Origin: a virus
Lineage: Duplodnaviria > Caudoviricetes
Length of the DNA stretch: 64,000 nucleotides
Strand: one strand, 5' to 3'
Virus record (IMG/VR): IMGVR_UViG_2885360797_000005
Part shown: positions 8,868 through 18,435 of the stretch, one piece after another
Numbering within the stretch: position 1 is the stretch's first letter
Layout of the letters: each line of letters begins with the position of its first letter
Notes under the pieces: generated by a model
Told to the model about the DNA's origin: nothing
Databases searched by the model: none
What the model saw: the letters and a program-made list of their open reading frames with translations, nothing else
Made by a program: the position numbers and the translations under genes

Positions 8868-10076
8868 ATGATAGCTGAAATTAAGTTTAAGAACATGTAC
8901 TCATTCAAGAATGAGACTATTCTAAGTTTTGAGGCCGACAAGAGTGAAGATATGGCATCCTACCACGTAGTTGAGCTAGCTCCTGACGTGAGGCTGCTCA
9001 AAGTAGCTATTGTATATGGAGCCAATGCTTCGGGCAAAAGCAATATTGTGAAGGTGTGCGATTTCATCAAATCGTTCATCACACACACACCGCTCAACAA
9101 AGCAGAGCAAGTAGGTGTAGTGCCTTTTTTGTTGAATAAGACAACTCCGTCCCAATTATCGGAGTTCTCTATCTCATTCTACATTGTCCAAGACGACAAA
9201 GCTGTACACTATGTTTACAGCGCATCGCTGGATAGAGCCCATGTAGCCAATGAATCCTTGATATTTTATCCAAGCCAGCAACCGGCTACAATTTTTGAGC
9301 GTACCACAGAAAACAATGTGTCCGCTATCAAATTTGGTCAGAAATTAAAGGTAAGCAACGCTGTTAAAGAAGAAATCACCCTAAAATGTCTGCCCAATAT
9401 GTCTGTGTTCTCAGCATATATGCAGGTAAACACGAGCATCAAGGAGATTGAAACGGTGCTGAACTATCTGAATGAACGTATGATGTCAGCCGTTACTCCC
9501 ATGGTATCACTAAATGCTTTTGCAGAGAAGTCTATCAAGGAAGAGGTGGCTAAGGATTATATTTTACGTTATTTGCAAGAAGCAGATTTCAATATTTCCA
9601 ATATTTCCACCAAAGAGCAAGAGACAAAGAAAGGAATGATAAACTACACCCTGTTTCAGCACAAGGTTTCAGACCAGGCAGGAGAATCGAATTTTTACGA
9701 TTTCCCAGAAATGTTTGAGTCCGATGGCACATTGCGCACCTTTGGCATGGCAGCGCATATCCAGCATATTTTGAGACAGAATGCGTTTTTGGCTATTGAT
9801 GAAGTGGATAATTCGCTACACCCAAAATTGATAGAGTACATCATTGAGCGTTTCTTGAAAGAATCCCAACAAGCACAACTACTACTTACAACCCACTATG
9901 ATGGTTTGTTGGGCGAAGAAGACCTGCTTAGAAAGGACACCATCTGGTTCACAGAGAAAGGACCTGAAGGTGTTAGCGAGCTTTACCCTCTAACCGATTT
10001 CAAGGGTCTCAACAGAATCAGCTCGCTACAGAAAGCCTATAAGTTCGGGAAATTCGGTGCGGTTCCTAACCTCTAA
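8868..10076 (+). CDS. RloA/AbiLi-like AAA ATPase (AAA_21)
   Basis: YGANASGKSN, ESDGT, IDEVDNSLHP, TTH, YKFGKFGAVP; TAACTTTG promoter element at 8843-8850. Confidence 0.88.
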   Translation: MIAEIKFKNMYSFKNETILSFEADKSEDMASYHVVELAPDVRLLKVAIVYGANASGKSNIVKVCDFIKSFITHTPLNKAEQVGVVPFLLNKTTPSQLSEFSISFYIVQDDKAVHYVYSASLDRAHVANESLIFYPSQQPATIFERTTENNVSAIKFGQKLKVSNAVKEEITLKCLPNMSVFSAYMQVNTSIKEIETVLNYLNERMMSAVTPMVSLNAFAEKSIKEEVAKDYILRYLQEADFNISNISTKEQETKKGMINYTLFQHKVSDQAGESNFYDFPEMFESDGTLRTFGMAAHIQHILRQNAFLAIDEVDNSLHPKLIEYIIERFLKESQQAQLLLTTHYDGLLGEEDLLRKDTIWFTEKGPEGVSELYPLTDFKGLNRISSLQKAYKFGKFGAVPNL

Positions 10077-10087
10077 ACTAGAATAAT

Positions 10088-10660
10088 ATGAGAACAGCAA
10101 GAAAAAATGTTGCGACCAGACAGGTCATACATATTGTTGGTGAGGGACTGACCGAGTTATTCTATTTCAGCCACCTGAAGAAACTTCTAGGTTATCGGTA
10201 TGCTATATCTCCACGTCTGTTTGAGAACAACAGCATAGAGAAGATTGAGAAGAAGATAAAGGAACTTCTGAGTGAAGACGTCTTTGTCATCTGCGTATTT
10301 GATGCGGATGTAAGCCGTCGTTCCGATACCGAGAATCGAAAGATGGCAGCCTTGAAGAAGCGCTACGAAAAGAATCAGAATGTCATTCTTTGCGATAGCT
10401 TGCAATCTATAGAATACTGGTTCTTGCTTCATTACGAAGATACTTGCCGTCATTTCCAAGACTCTGCCGCCACAGAAAAGGCTCTAAAGAAATATGTTCC
10501 GTCATACGACAAATCCCGGAAGTATCTGGAAAAAGAGAAATGGGTGGCAGACATGATTTCAGATGACAAAATGAAGAATGCCTGTAATCTGGCAGAAAAA
10601 TACCAAGGCAGAGATTCGTATAGTGAAATATACAAGGCAATCCGAAAAATCGAAGAATAA
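10088..10660 (+). CDS. rloB: RloB-like (AbiLii) TOPRIM-fold protein
   Basis: GEGLTELFYF, CVFDAD, IEYWFLLHY motifs; paired with the upstream ATPase. Confidence 0.85.
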   Translation: MRTARKNVATRQVIHIVGEGLTELFYFSHLKKLLGYRYAISPRLFENNSIEKIEKKIKELLSEDVFVICVFDADVSRRSDTENRKMAALKKRYEKNQNVILCDSLQSIEYWFLLHYEDTCRHFQDSAATEKALKKYVPSYDKSRKYLEKEKWVADMISDDKMKNACNLAEKYQGRDSYSEIYKAIRKIEE

Positions 10661-10672
10661 GACCAAATCGCC

Positions 10673-11389
10673 ATGGTACAGAAATTTTTGCAACAATACA
10701 AAGAAGCCTTCGGGGATGCAGCCCCACTTCCAATAGTTTTCGGCTATAGCCATGCGGCAGCCACGGAAGTACACAAAGTGCCACGCTGTATGATTGGTGC
10801 CATCCGTAAGGTTTGCAACGGAGAAGCTTTGACCTTGACCGCCGACAATGTACTTTGCGGTGGTGGAAGTCTATACACAAGATTTGCCCCCATGCAGGAG
10901 CGAATACCTATGTTCGTCTCTGAAACGGAGCGCTACAAACAGACCCCCGAACAAGTAAAAGAGTACATACGGAATCTGAATATAAGCCTTGTAAAGAAGC
11001 CATACCTCAATTTCATCAGAATGGATCAGCTTGCCACTCTTGATGAAATGGAAGGCATCTTGTTTTTCGCTACCCCGGATATGCTATCCGGTTTATGCTC
11101 ATGGGCATTTTATGACAACAATGCGTATGATGCCGTATGCACAAAGTTCGCATCAGGATGTTGCAGCATCGTGACCTTTGCCGTACAAGAGAATCAGAAA
11201 CAAGGGCGAAGCTGCTTCATCGGAATGCTTGACCCCTCTGCTCGTCCGTTAGTCCCTGCCAATGAACTGACGTTTGTAATCCCAATCAACCGTTTCCAAG
11301 AAATGTCGGAGACTATGGAACATTCCGCATTATTCCGCAAAGCATACTCCATCGTTAAGAAACGAATAAACGGAGAGATAGGGAAATAA
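10673..11389 (+). CDS. DUF169-family protein
   Basis: RC...G...CGGG and SGC...G.LD.SAR patterns. Confidence 0.7.
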   Translation: MVQKFLQQYKEAFGDAAPLPIVFGYSHAAATEVHKVPRCMIGAIRKVCNGEALTLTADNVLCGGGSLYTRFAPMQERIPMFVSETERYKQTPEQVKEYIRNLNISLVKKPYLNFIRMDQLATLDEMEGILFFATPDMLSGLCSWAFYDNNAYDAVCTKFASGCCSIVTFAVQENQKQGRSCFIGMLDPSARPLVPANELTFVIPINRFQEMSETMEHSALFRKAYSIVKKRINGEIGK

Positions 11390-11417
11390 AAAAGCTCACC
11401 ATTTTATACCTATAATA

Positions 11418-11448
11418 GAGGTCATCTTCCCGGATGGCCTTTATTTTT
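11418..11448 (+). terminator. Intrinsic terminator
   Basis: AGGTCATC/GATGGCCT stem followed by TTATTTTT. Confidence 0.6.
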
Positions 11449-11550
11449 CACACCTTAATCTTGATAACAGATAACTCCATTTTCTTATCCTTATTCAGGG
11501 TTTACTATTGTTCTTCAAAAAATAATATGTACACATTTTAAAGGTGACGG

Positions 11551-11794
11551 CGTTGACAAGACCTAATCCTTTATGCTGCAACAATATCGTTTCAAGATGT
11601 TGCGTTGACAAACGTTGACAAAGGTAGCCACTTTTTGAAATCTCAAAAAAATTGGAGCCAACCGTTGACAAATCACGAACTTCTATATATTATTCTCTTT
11701 TTAGAAGAAAAAAGATAAAGTATTGTATTATAGAGCATTCTCACGCACCTCCTTCTTCATTTTTGGCGTTGGCTTCGTTGTCAACGCTGTCAAC
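11551..11794. repeat. CGTTGACAA iteron cluster around an AT-rich core (putative oriV)
   Basis: Direct copies at 11551, 11603, 11613, 11663; inverted copies at 11778 and 11788. Confidence 0.7.
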
Positions 11795-11979
11795 CTCCAA
11801 ATATATGCCTTTCTTATTCTTGGGAAAATGCTATTCCACCAACAGATGTCCATCGCATAAGCCAAGTATTTGTAGCGAGTCCAACAAACTTCGATATAAT
11901 CCAATGAATTACAGATTGTTCCCATATTTAACATCTTGTGGCATTATCGTTATCCGCCTACCTTTACGGAAAAACAACT

Positions 11980-12225
11980 ATGATGAAGCACAAAGATTTC
12001 ACAGGAATAATCCCGGAGCAGACCTATTCGGTGAGTGAGGCGGCACGATACTTCGGTGTTCACCGCTGTACTGTCTATGCCTATATCAACCATCCCACAA
12101 AACCTTTGCCATTCGTGAGGTTGCCCGATAAAATCAAGACTGTCTTCCGTGGGATTGATTTGATTGCTTACAAAGCAGCCGGTCTCCCGAAGAGAGGACG
12201 CAAACGACAAGGGGACACCCATTGA
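11980..12225 (+). CDS. HTH_17/excisionase-like DNA-binding protein
   Basis: YSVSEAARYFGVHRCTVYAYI. Confidence 0.78.
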   Translation: MMKHKDFTGIIPEQTYSVSEAARYFGVHRCTVYAYINHPTKPLPFVRLPDKIKTVFRGIDLIAYKAAGLPKRGRKRQGDTH

Positions 12226-12249
12226 TAAGCATCCCCGGTAACCTTCCAT

Positions 12250-12660
12250 TCAGTTAAGTCCATTCTTGGTGAATGCTGATCGGAAGGGCTTTTTACCCGA
12301 CAACTCGGACAAGTCGCAAGCCAACAGCCACGCCTTGTTTCTTATATCTTCCATATCCGCTACAGCTTGCAGATACCAGGACGAGTCCATCGCCCCGGAT
12401 TTTATCATCCATTCTTTAGCACACGTGGCGGGATTGATGGCATCCACAAAAGAAACGACCTCATTCGTAAGGCTGCAAATCTTATCATCCTTGACCTCAG
12501 CGGTGAAACTGAAAGGCACACCACTGAGGGTTTTCCGATGGAAGTCATAACAGCGGATGCCGTTCTTTATACTTACAAACACATTCCAGCCATTCTTGGT
12601 TGCAATACCATAGATTTTACTTTCTACCATTAGTCTCTTCTTTAGTGGTTCATTCTTCAT
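12250..12660 (-). CDS. Hypothetical protein, paralogue of 12650..13024
   Basis: Shared NGW.V...T..G..FSF.A..KDD pattern; start uncertain (12660 or 12630). Confidence 0.65.
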   Translation of the reverse strand: MKNEPLKKRLMVESKIYGIATKNGWNVFVSIKNGIRCYDFHRKTLSGVPFSFTAEVKDDKICSLTNEVVSFVDAINPATCAKEWMIKSGAMDSSWYLQAVADMEDIRNKAWLLACDLSELSGKKPFRSAFTKNGLN

Positions 12661-13024
12661 CAATTTCTCTGATGGCATCAAGCAAACTTTCAATGTTTCT
12701 CTCTGCCGCCTCCATATCTTCAAGCACATCCCTCATACGATATGGCGCACCATTTGTTCCGTGCCCGTTATCGTCAAGCCATAGATAGGCTTCCGAATCC
12801 ACATCAAAGCCTTCATAGTATTCTTCCATATCAGCCACCAAAGAGTCAAGGCTATCATCCTTCATCCTTGCCGAAAAGGAGAAGTCTTGCCCTGCAGGAG
12901 TGTATTTGGAAAACTCAAAAACGACAATGCCTTTCTCTTGGTCGGTGTCAGAACTCACACTCCATCCGTTGCTTTCGGCACATTCAGTTATCTTATCAAT
13001 GATATTATGCTTGTTCATATTCAT
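12650..13024 (-). CDS. Acidic hypothetical protein of the leading-region operon
   Basis: 124 aa, very Asp/Glu-rich; FSKYTPAGQDFSF and NGAPY motifs. Confidence 0.75.
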   Translation of the reverse strand: MNMNKHNIIDKITECAESNGWSVSSDTDQEKGIVVFEFSKYTPAGQDFSFSARMKDDSLDSLVADMEEYYEGFDVDSEAYLWLDDNGHGTNGAPYRMRDVLEDMEAAERNIESLLDAIREIDEE

Positions 13025-13079
13025 ATATATAATGGTTATGTCAGCCGTAACGGGGTAGCTACGGCTGACGAATTAGTTG

Positions 13080-13439
13080 TTATTCGAGGTTGGCAAGAAA
13101 GCGTTGCAACCTATTGTCCTTCAACTGGCTCAACTTGGTAGGTTGGAAATTCTCCTGTTGCCGGACTTGCAGCTTGCCGAAGCCTTGTGCCGTATAGTCA
13201 AGCTCCACCTCCGAAAGCTCGTTCAGTGAAATGTAGCCGTATTCATCTTCCATCATTCCGATAACGATACCAAAGAGAATGGTGTCCTTTCCATCTGTTT
13301 CTCCTTCAAGAATGTACCACCGGATTGAGCCGAGAGCGAATATCGCGCGACAAACTGCTTCTTTTCCTTTGCCATCCTGGGAATAAAGCGGAAAATCTTT
13401 TAAGGTTTCCGCTAATTGGGGTGTCATTAACCTGCACAT
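13080..13439 (-). CDS. DUF2958-like protein
   Basis: PLYSQDG...WYILEG...LFGIV...EYGYISLNEL. Confidence 0.75.
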   Translation of the reverse strand: MCRLMTPQLAETLKDFPLYSQDGKGKEAVCRAIFALGSIRWYILEGETDGKDTILFGIVIGMMEDEYGYISLNELSEVELDYTAQGFGKLQVRQQENFQPTKLSQLKDNRLQRFLANLE

Positions 13440-13440
13440 C

Positions 13441-13608
13441 TCAATCAAATTCTATTTCGTCCTCATAAACATCTATCTCTGCGCCACTGCTGAACTGCAC
13501 AGTAAAACCTTTTGCAGTCTTGGCTACTATCGTACCACGATGATAACCACGCCATGGGGTTATCAGCTCGCATTGCCGCCCGTATTCCGGAAAATCTTTC
13601 TCGTCCAT
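13441..13608 (-). CDS. Small hypothetical protein (SH3/KOW-like)
   Basis: 55-aa ORF tightly packed in the operon. Confidence 0.6.
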   Translation of the reverse strand: MDEKDFPEYGRQCELITPWRGYHRGTIVAKTAKGFTVQFSSGAEIDVYEDEIEFD

Positions 13609-13609
13609 A

Positions 13610-13930
13610 TCAACCAACTTTAGGGTTAGTAAATTCGGGGTCATAGATAAGCTCACACTCAACCAAATGTCCGTATGCCTCGGATGCAAGTTTGGATGCC
13701 CACTCGTTCCGTTGGTCATAACATCCTTTTTGATAGTTGTATGCCAACTGGCGCATAAAGCCAAGGAACACCTTGAACATCTGTTGCTGAAGGTAACGGT
13801 GCGCTCTGGTCATTTCTCTGCCTGTCTGGTTGGCTGACACCATAACACCATTCGTAAAGTTCGCAAATTGCTTGGCGAACTCTTTGTCTCTCTCGGAGGT
13901 CATAGCTCCTGATAATTCTTGATAGTCCAT
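13610..13930 (-). CDS. Hypothetical protein, first gene after hairpin 1
   Basis: 106 aa; HRYLQQQMF and YDQRNE motifs. Confidence 0.7.
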   Translation of the reverse strand: MDYQELSGAMTSERDKEFAKQFANFTNGVMVSANQTGREMTRAHRYLQQQMFKVFLGFMRQLAYNYQKGCYDQRNEWASKLASEAYGHLVECELIYDPEFTNPKVG

Positions 13931-13985
13931 AATCCTTTATATTTTTAAGTCTCAATTCTTTTCCCTTTTGTTTGAAGCCTTTTGG

Positions 13986-14208
13986 CTTCTTGGTCGGGAG
14001 AACCGTTTTTCGTGCGGTAATCCCTGCGGACAACAGGGAGGATTAGGCAAGTGTGAGGTCAGAGAGCGCGACGGAATACCCAAATTTTGGAGGCACGAGA
14101 AAATTTGTGGAAGGCTGCCGGAAAGCCCTCCGACTGAAAGCGAAGCGTCACTTGACGTTCCTCCTGTCCGCAGTACCTTTGCACGGGAAAATGGTCCTGA
14201 CCAAGAAG
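13986..14208 (+). promoter_or_regulatory. Long imperfect hairpin 1: putative ssDNA (Frpo/ssi-like) promoter
   Basis: Nested inverted repeats; CTTG(14151)-N19-TACCTTTG(14174-14181) in the 3' arm; homologous to 38328-38533. Confidence 0.65.
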
Positions 14209-14941
14209 AGCAAAACGAGCAATCGACAATAGAAAAAGATTTTTCCGTAAGGAACGGAACAGACGTTTTCAGATTAGACTACAAAGAAAAACAGTGATTC
14301 TGCTATTGCAAGTGAAACCTGCAACAGAAAAATCACCGACTAATATTCTCAGACTAACAAGTTTTCTAAAAATCCGATGTTGATGTGAAAGCCTTTGAAG
14401 TGGAACTTGTGTAGCCTCAAAGGATTTCTCTTTAACATCGGAATGGAGTTATCCACAAATAGCATGAACCTATCGGCTGAACTTACTTGGTGTAGTATAC
14501 ACGGAGGAAGTTAGACGGGATGTAGAACTGATTCATAGTCAGTTCATAAATAAACTATTTGTAACAAAATTATCATTGGCCTATAATTTTATATTCCTGA
14601 TATTATTGCAATAAGACCAACTGAGATACTTGCCAGTATATAAATCTTCATACATGCAAAGTTATGAATTATCATTCGAATATGACAGCGGAATTTATCT
14701 TAACCTCCTTGAAAAACAGCCCCATCCAGACTTTTATAACGAAATGGGGCAATATAAGCAAAGTTCCAGTAAAAACAAAAGGAATTCCGAAAGAATATTT
14801 GTATCTTTGCAAATGAATGGTAACTGCATTAAAATGACCTAATAGAGAAAATAAAACGATACATTAAACTCCTTTGCTGTCTTTATAGGCTTGGTCAGCC
14901 TTGCAGGGACTGCTAGGAGTTTTTTTTGTTTATTATAGAAT

Positions 14942-16480
14942 ATGGCAAAGAAAAAAACAACGGACATAGTAAAGAAAACCATTGAGCAAACGCTATGGGA
15001 TTCGGCAAATGAGTTGCGAGGTAATCTTGATGCTGCCGAGTATAAAAGTGTGGTGCTTGGACTGGTATTCCTAAAATACATCAACGACTGCTTCAAAGTT
15101 AAGCACGATGAACTTGTGGCTGAAGGCGAAGGCTTTGAGGAAGACCCTGACGAATATATTGGCGATAACATATTCTTTGTTCCTGTCGATGCTCGTTGGG
15201 AAAAGGTTGTCAATGCCTCTCTTACTGCCGAAATCGGAGTTGTCGTTGATGCGGCAATGGAAGCATTGGAGAAAGAGAACAAGCAACTCAAAGGCATTCT
15301 TCCCAAAAACTATGCTCGCCCGGAACTTGATAAACGCCGCTTAGGTAACGTAATTGATATTTTTGAAAACAACCTCCACTTTACAGGTTCGGAAGCTCGT
15401 GATGTGCTTGGACGTGTATATGAATATTTCCTTGGAGAATTTGCCCGTGAAGAAGGCAAGAAAGGTGGTGAGTTCTATACTCCTTCATGTGTTGTTCGCA
15501 CCATAGTCGAAGTTATCCAACCCTACAAAGGAAAAATCTTTGACCCCGCTTGCGGTTCGGGTGGTATGTTTGTGCAGAGTAGTAAGTTTATAGAACGTCA
15601 TCAAGGTAATATCAATAAAATATCCGTCTATGGTCAGGAACTTAACAGCAATACGTGGAAATTAGCGCAAATGAACCTTGCCATTTGTGGAATTGAAGCA
15701 AATTTTGGCGACAGCTTCGGAGATTCTTTTCACGATGACAAACATCCATTTTTGAAAGCGGATTTCGTAATGGCAAATCCACCGTTCAACATTTCCAAAT
15801 GGGGCGGTGACCAATTACGTGATGACCCACGTTGGCAATATGGCATACCGCCGGAGGGAAACGCCAACTTTGCATGGATGCAACACATGTTATATCACCT
15901 GGCAGACAATGGACGCATCGGTTTGGTTCTTGCCAATGGCTCGTTATCCTCACAACAAGGCACAGAAGGGAATATTCGTGAAAACATCGTCAAAGCCGAT
16001 TTGGTGGAAGGTATTATCGCCATGCCATCCCAACTGTTCTATAATGTGCAGATTCCATGCTGCTTATGGTTCTTAACAAAGAGCAAAGCACAACCGGGCA
16101 AGACGCTTTTCATAGATGCTCGTAACATGGGCTATATGAAAGACCGTACACACCGTGAACTCTCTTGTGGGGAAGAAACGGAGGATCATGGCAACGACAT
16201 AGCACGTATCGCTGATACTTTCGAGCAGTTCCGTGCAGGAACGCTTGAAACCGAAAAGGGATTCTCTGCGATTGCCACGATTGAGGATATAGAGAAACAA
16301 GACTTTATCCTCACTCCAGGACGTTACGTTGGAATTGCCGAGGTTGAGGAAGACGGTGAACCTTTCCAAGAAAAGATGGAGCGTCTTACTTCCGAACTTT
16401 CTGATTTGTTCGCACAGTCACACACGCTCGAAGACGAAATACGCAAGCAATTGGCAAAGATTGGTTTTACCGTCAAGTGA
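14942..16480 (+). CDS. hsdM: Type I R-M methyltransferase subunit
   Basis: GEFYTP, FDPACGSGGMF, NPPF. Confidence 0.97.
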   Translation: MAKKKTTDIVKKTIEQTLWDSANELRGNLDAAEYKSVVLGLVFLKYINDCFKVKHDELVAEGEGFEEDPDEYIGDNIFFVPVDARWEKVVNASLTAEIGVVVDAAMEALEKENKQLKGILPKNYARPELDKRRLGNVIDIFENNLHFTGSEARDVLGRVYEYFLGEFAREEGKKGGEFYTPSCVVRTIVEVIQPYKGKIFDPACGSGGMFVQSSKFIERHQGNINKISVYGQELNSNTWKLAQMNLAICGIEANFGDSFGDSFHDDKHPFLKADFVMANPPFNISKWGGDQLRDDPRWQYGIPPEGNANFAWMQHMLYHLADNGRIGLVLANGSLSSQQGTEGNIRENIVKADLVEGIIAMPSQLFYNVQIPCCLWFLTKSKAQPGKTLFIDARNMGYMKDRTHRELSCGEETEDHGNDIARIADTFEQFRAGTLETEKGFSAIATIEDIEKQDFILTPGRYVGIAEVEEDGEPFQEKMERLTSELSDLFAQSHTLEDEIRKQLAKIGFTVK

Positions 16481-16526
16481 TATGACTTCTACTCTTCGTT
16501 AGGTTCACCATATAATAACGAAGAAT

Positions 16527-17519
16527 ATGAAAGAAAAATTAATTCAAGAAATCAGCACCGCAATGGCAGAAGTGTTAAGTTTTGAACAAGTAGCTCACCT
16601 TAATAGCGTATTGCTTCAAGTCGTAAGCCAATACACTATTACCGAAGATGGCGAGACGCTGCACGAAAATGCAGCGTCTAACGACCGTCTGCTTGACATA
16701 TTCCTGTCTGCAAAACAAGTGGAGGGTTGCACAACTCCGACAATCAAATACTATGGTTCAACCATTCGGCAGTTATTCAAGAAGATGCCTAAAAAGGTCA
16801 CCGACTATACTACAGAGGATATCAGAGCCTACCTTGCTGTATTTCAGCGAAAAAACAAATCAAGCAAAGTTACCATTGATAATATTCGTCGGATATTTTC
16901 TTCGTTCTTTGCTTGGCTTGAAGAGGAGGACTACATCGTCAAAAGCCCTGTCCGCAGAATACATAAGGTGAAAACAGGAACACAGGTCAAGGAGGTGTTG
17001 AGTGATGAGAATATCGAGCAACTCCGTGATAGTTGCACTAAAATCCGTGACCTTGCCATTATCGACTTGTTGGCTTCAACCGGTATGCGTGTTGGTGAAT
17101 TGGTAAAACTCAATCGTGAAGACATTAACTTCACAGAGCGTGAATGTATCGTATTTGGTAAGGGCAACAAGGAACGTATAGTTTACTTCAATGCTCGCGC
17201 AAAGATTCATTTACAACAATACTTGTCTTCTCGCAAAGACCGAAACAAGGCTCTCTTTGTCTCTTTAGCTAAACCGCATAAACGCTTGGAAATTTCGGGC
17301 GTGGAAACTCGTTTGCGTAAAATTGGGCGCACTGCAAAGATTGTACGTGTTCATCCTCACAAGTTCCGCCGTACATTGGCAACAATGGCAATTGACAAAG
17401 GTATGCCTGTGGAACAAGTGCAACGCTTGCTTGGTCATGTCAAGATTGACACTACCATGCACTATGCAATGGTTAATCAAAACAATGTCAAACTCTCACA
17501 CCGTAAATTCATAAATTAA
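16527..17519 (+). CDS. Tyrosine recombinase (XerC/D-like) inside the R-M locus
   Basis: TGMRVGEL, GKGNKER, HPHKFRRT, LLGH, HY. Confidence 0.95.
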   Translation: MKEKLIQEISTAMAEVLSFEQVAHLNSVLLQVVSQYTITEDGETLHENAASNDRLLDIFLSAKQVEGCTTPTIKYYGSTIRQLFKKMPKKVTDYTTEDIRAYLAVFQRKNKSSKVTIDNIRRIFSSFFAWLEEEDYIVKSPVRRIHKVKTGTQVKEVLSDENIEQLRDSCTKIRDLAIIDLLASTGMRVGELVKLNREDINFTERECIVFGKGNKERIVYFNARAKIHLQQYLSSRKDRNKALFVSLAKPHKRLEISGVETRLRKIGRTAKIVRVHPHKFRRTLATMAIDKGMPVEQVQRLLGHVKIDTTMHYAMVNQNNVKLSHRKFIN

Positions 17520-17520
17520 C

Positions 17521-18165
17521 ATGTGGTATTGTTCGACATATAACAGTAGCTCATCTTTCCTCAAAAATAAACAAGGAAATGATAATTTAGAGCAGCAGGC
17601 GCAAGCGTTGTTCAAGTCTTGGTTTATTGAAAATGCCATATATTCAGGGGATAAAATAGCGGATTATTTTATGCCAATTAGAGGTAAAAATCTGCTAACA
17701 TCAGAAGCTACGGGTGGTAACGTTCCTGTAGTTGCAGGAGGCCTAAATCCTTCAGCTTATCATAATACAGCAAACACAGATGCTCCTGTAATCACAATAT
17801 CCGCTTCTGGTGCGAATGCTGGTTTCGTAAATCTTTGGGGAATTCCCGTATGGTCTGCTGATTCATCATATATAGATAGTTCCGTAACACCTTATGTGTA
17901 TTTTTGGTATAATCTATTGAAATATAAGCAAAAGAATATATTTGAGGCACAAACTGGTTCTGCACAACCCCACATTTATCCTAAGCATATTGGAGATATT
18001 GAAATTCCAAACTTAGATTTATCTCAAATACAGCTATACAATAATGTCGTTTCAACTTATTACCATAAGATTGATGAGAACAATACAGAAAACTGTCGTT
18101 TGGCTACATTAAGAGATACACTTCTCCCAAAACTTATGGCAGGGAATATAAGTCTTGATTATTAA
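17521..18165 (+). CDS. hsdS: hsdS C-terminal half cassette (conserved helix + one TRD), probably silent
   Basis: NDNLEQQAQALFKSWF...TGSAQP...LRDTLLPKLM; no N-terminal TRD. Confidence 0.85.
   Translation: MWYCSTYNSSSSFLKNKQGNDNLEQQAQALFKSWFIENAIYSGDKIADYFMPIRGKNLLTSEATGGNVPVVAGGLNPSAYHNTANTDAPVITISASGANAGFVNLWGIPVWSADSSYIDSSVTPYVYFWYNLLKYKQKNIFEAQTGSAQPHIYPKHIGDIEIPNLDLSQIQLYNNVVSTYYHKIDENNTENCRLATLRDTLLPKLMAGNISLDY
17577..17624 (+). repeat. hsdS repeat A site 1 (core AAATGATAATTTA + right arm)
   Basis: 46/48 identical to 20090-20137. Confidence 0.9.
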
Positions 18166-18183
18166 TCATTTAGGCAAAACAAT

Positions 18184-18435
18184 ATGATTGAAAAGATAAT
18201 AAATAGGAATATAGGAAAGAGTCAAAAATGTAGGGTGAAATATGGAAACAACTCTGAATTTGATCTTTTGATTGTCAACATCAATGATGGCGAAAGGGTA
18301 CGCAAGTTCTCAATAGAAGCAAAACATCTTTCCTCTGAGAAAGATTCTATTTATTTCTATCCTGAGACAAAGAACGATGTGGTTACAATAAGATGGAATC
18401 ATGAGATTGAAAACTACATAAACGAAGTACAATAG
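18184..18435 (+). CDS. Small hypothetical protein
   Basis: 83-aa ORF between the hsdS half and fic. Confidence 0.6.
   Translation: MIEKIINRNIGKSQKCRVKYGNNSEFDLLIVNINDGERVRKFSIEAKHLSSEKDSIYFYPETKNDVVTIRWNHEIENYINEVQ

Noticed and set aside
11652-12038. 128-aa ORF over the iteron region
   Set aside because: Non-ATG start and low-complexity translation of AT-rich origin-like DNA
13716-14297. ORFs 13716..14033 and 13968..14297 (and 38309..38679 equivalents)
   Set aside because: They run through the hairpin elements and have no protein-like features
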